From assembly GCA_964016885.1 (NCBI GenBank), contig CAXHJY010000489.1, forward strand, positions 62,001 to 126,000: 64,000 bases of DNA. The letters run 5' to 3'. Source of the stretch: Eledone cirrhosa. Its lineage: Eukaryota. Below the pieces are notes generated by a model. It was not told the DNA's origin and made no database searches. It saw only the letters and a list, made by a program, of their open reading frames with translations. Positions 61,051-64,000 of this stretch are shown here, in pieces (the stretch's first letter is position 1; every line of letters begins with the position of its first letter). The position numbers and the translations under genes were made by a program.

Positions 61051-61950
61051 TGCATAAGATAATATACCTACAATAACAACATGGCCAGTAATTCGGTGGA
61101 ATTTACATTTAACAAACCTATTGACTATAAACGACTAAAAAAATCCCATGGTTAATAGCTGTAAGTTGCAAACAACATATACACATACATACGAACTACA
61201 ACACAAAAACACTTGAATGAAAATCACCTATCCAACTCTATCACGTGCTTTGCATTACACCTCACATAACAAATACCTACATTATCACCACATGCCACTC
61301 TAACAAATTGCACACTATCTTAAACATTTCTAACAATTATAACATGCTTTAACACCCCACACAAAATATGCTTATTTCAACTGCATTATAGCTCTTTCCT
61401 CATACATGTCTTATTGACTGTATTGACTCCTGCATTGTACACCACTTTTCCTTGCTTATAACTTTTTTGGCTGTACTTTTTGCTTATTCCTCTTACACTT
61501 TCAACCAGTGCTGCCTGTAATTGTGTTCTCTCAAGCATAACATCTTTTTAACTCCTGACTCTCCAGATGATGCCTATGATACTAACAACAATTATGTACC
61601 CTAAATGTTCTGAATGACTAGGATTTTAGTCACATGTTTCGATATTCCCTATGCTCCGATGATTCCAGACTTTCCTCTGGAAGAAACAATTGGCAGCAAA
61701 TAAATGTTCTAAACTAAAATTTGATCGTTTTAACACTTTGTATCTTGGCTCTGTAAAACACTTGAAAATTTGCATTGAGCCTTTTGTCAATCCTGTAACC
61801 GGCTAGTACTTAGTACTACCCTCCATATTTATAGTTGTATTAAACATATATATATATAATATTTAATATAGAAATAGCTTCTACAGGACTAGAGCTGTTA
61901 AATTCGAATGAGTACCTTACTTACTGTGGTTACCCCTGATTGAACCCAGG

Positions 61951-62158
<208 letters not shown>

Positions 62159-62465
62159 TAAAATAACAGATTAAAGTTTAAGCAAAATCGCTGCTTTCAC
62201 CCTTAACGGGATCTTCTGAAACTAAAAATATCAATCTGTGAACGCAGAAGTAAATATTTCGAAAAACGTTGCAACCGAACGAAAACAGGAAGATGATACT
62301 TTGGTTCGTGAAGATGTTCCCTGGCAATGAACGGAAAAAAGCGAAGATAATACATCGTTATGTGGAACGGTGAGAACAATTACACGCAAAGACAAACCCA
62401 CGTTTATGGTATAAAGGAAGTCGTAGACTAATATTCTATTTAGGAAACCGAATGATTCGCGGCTT

Positions 62466-62699
62466 CAAAGTTAAGAATAATTGTTTCTACTTTTGGCAGA
62501 AGCCCAGCAATTACTCAGTACATTACTGGTACTTTATTTTATCGACACCGTAAGGATGAAAGGCAAAGTTAACCTCGCCTGGATTTGAACGAGGTTAACT
62601 TTGCCTTTCATCCATACGGGGTCGATAAAATAAAGTACCAGTAATGTACTGGTTAATTGCTGGGCTTGTGCCAAAAGTAGAAACAAAGTTAAGAATAAT
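62466..62699. mobile_element. Head-to-head pair of SINE family 1 3' halves inside one 16-bp direct repeat
   Basis: caaagttaagaataat at 62466-62481 and 62684-62699. Confidence 0.85.
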
Positions 62700-63429
62700 G
62701 TAAATAAATTAGTAGAACGAAAATGACAGAGGTTATTGAAACCAACAATAATTAAATATATACATACACGCATCCACGCATGTGTGTATACATATAATTA
62801 TATAAACGTATATAAATATACACACATAAATACGTAAATAACGCACACACACACATACCTACAGGTAAATACACATATGTTCCCTAAAAGTACGTGAACC
62901 AAAACACAAAGTACACATATACACACCTTACATACGTGCAAACACGCATACACACACAAACACGAAATACACATATACACATAACCATATACACATGTAC
63001 CAGTATATATAATATAATATATACATCTATAACAAATACAAGCAAATATAGGTACGAGAAAGTATACGTGCCTTCACAAAACATACAGGTAATATATACT
63101 TACCTATACAAATAAGTAATGGTATAATCATAAAATATACTTAGCTACCAAATCAAGACGTAAATTATCTGCATATTTTTCGTACTATCCGTTAGGGTTT
63201 AATGTGGGGCTGAAATACAGGAAAGTTTTATGCAATTTATATTTACAAGCCGAAATTGCCTCAGAATTTTTTTTAAGATGTGGTCATTGGCGTAGAGTAT
63301 TTCCAGGGCTTCAGCGGCGCAAAGATCTTTTAATTCCGTTATACGATCTAGCTCTAGATAGGATCTCCCAATGTAAAATTTATTGGGTGTGGTTGTCTTT
63401 TAGACTCCAGATATAAGCTGAAAGTGACG

Positions 63430-64000
63430 TCATATTCCTTCTTAAAGGGTTAAGAAAAGAATGGGTGTACATGTAAAGAGGCTGCTTGAATCTATTGGCG
63501 GTTAACCCTATGTAGGCCCTAAGAGCCGTGGGCGTTTCGACCTTACATTTGTAGACAATGTTACTGGAGAGGCATTTCCCGGATAGAAGGCAGTCAACCC
63601 GATTTCTACAATTAAAGTTAGTACTAGCTACAGGGTTGCACGTGTTCCTACGGCTAGGTAATTTAGCTAAATTTGAAGCAGTGATGTTATGTTAAGAGTC
63701 GTAGAGTAAAATATTTTAATGGTATTTCTATTAAAAATGTTATTATATTTATGTGCTGAAGGGAAATGCTTCTTAATAAGGGAGAGAAAGATCTTAGTTA
63801 ATGGTGTGGCCACCTCCATATTATATGGTGGGTTATACCGTATAATGCGTCGGGATCTATTTTTCCTTGGTCTATGCTCATACTTAGTATATGCTACCTT
63901 ATCGACATATCCACTCCGAGCAAGAGCTTCATTGTAATATGTGGAATGGTCAGTGAAAATATGCTCGTTTGTAGATAGACGGGAAAGCTTCAAAGAAACG
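63430..64000 (-). mobile_element. Penelope-like element fragment, continues past the window end
   Basis: RLSTNEHIF..YNEALARSGY..YNPPYN..KYNNIFNRNTIKIFYS; downstream AYIGLT. Confidence 0.88.

Overview
AT-rich, repeat-saturated eukaryotic (metazoan) DNA, most likely an octopod cephalopod (inferred from the SINE and RTE families, not proven). No intact host gene is visible, and most ORF-track entries are artefacts of satellites, microsatellites or antisense frames. The window holds: (1) TTAG-based satellites and telomere-like arrays bounded by one shared inverted motif; (2) many non-LTR retrotransposon pieces (PHD-bearing RTEs, BovB-like RTEs, two CR1-group families, R4/Dong-like, Vingi/Ingi-like, and Penelope-like elements with GIY-YIG); (3) tRNA-derived SINEs with swappable tails, and MITEs; (4) a recent local segmental duplication at about 55-59 kb; (5) three minus-strand exon-like modules of a small Asp/Glu/Lys-rich (pseudo)gene. 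The most striking signal is six type I hammerhead ribozymes with complete catalytic cores, plus several decayed ones. Most lie in short non-coding modules next to (TA)n, and one module is terminally redundant, like a retrozyme. All assignments were made by eye and element boundaries are approximate.
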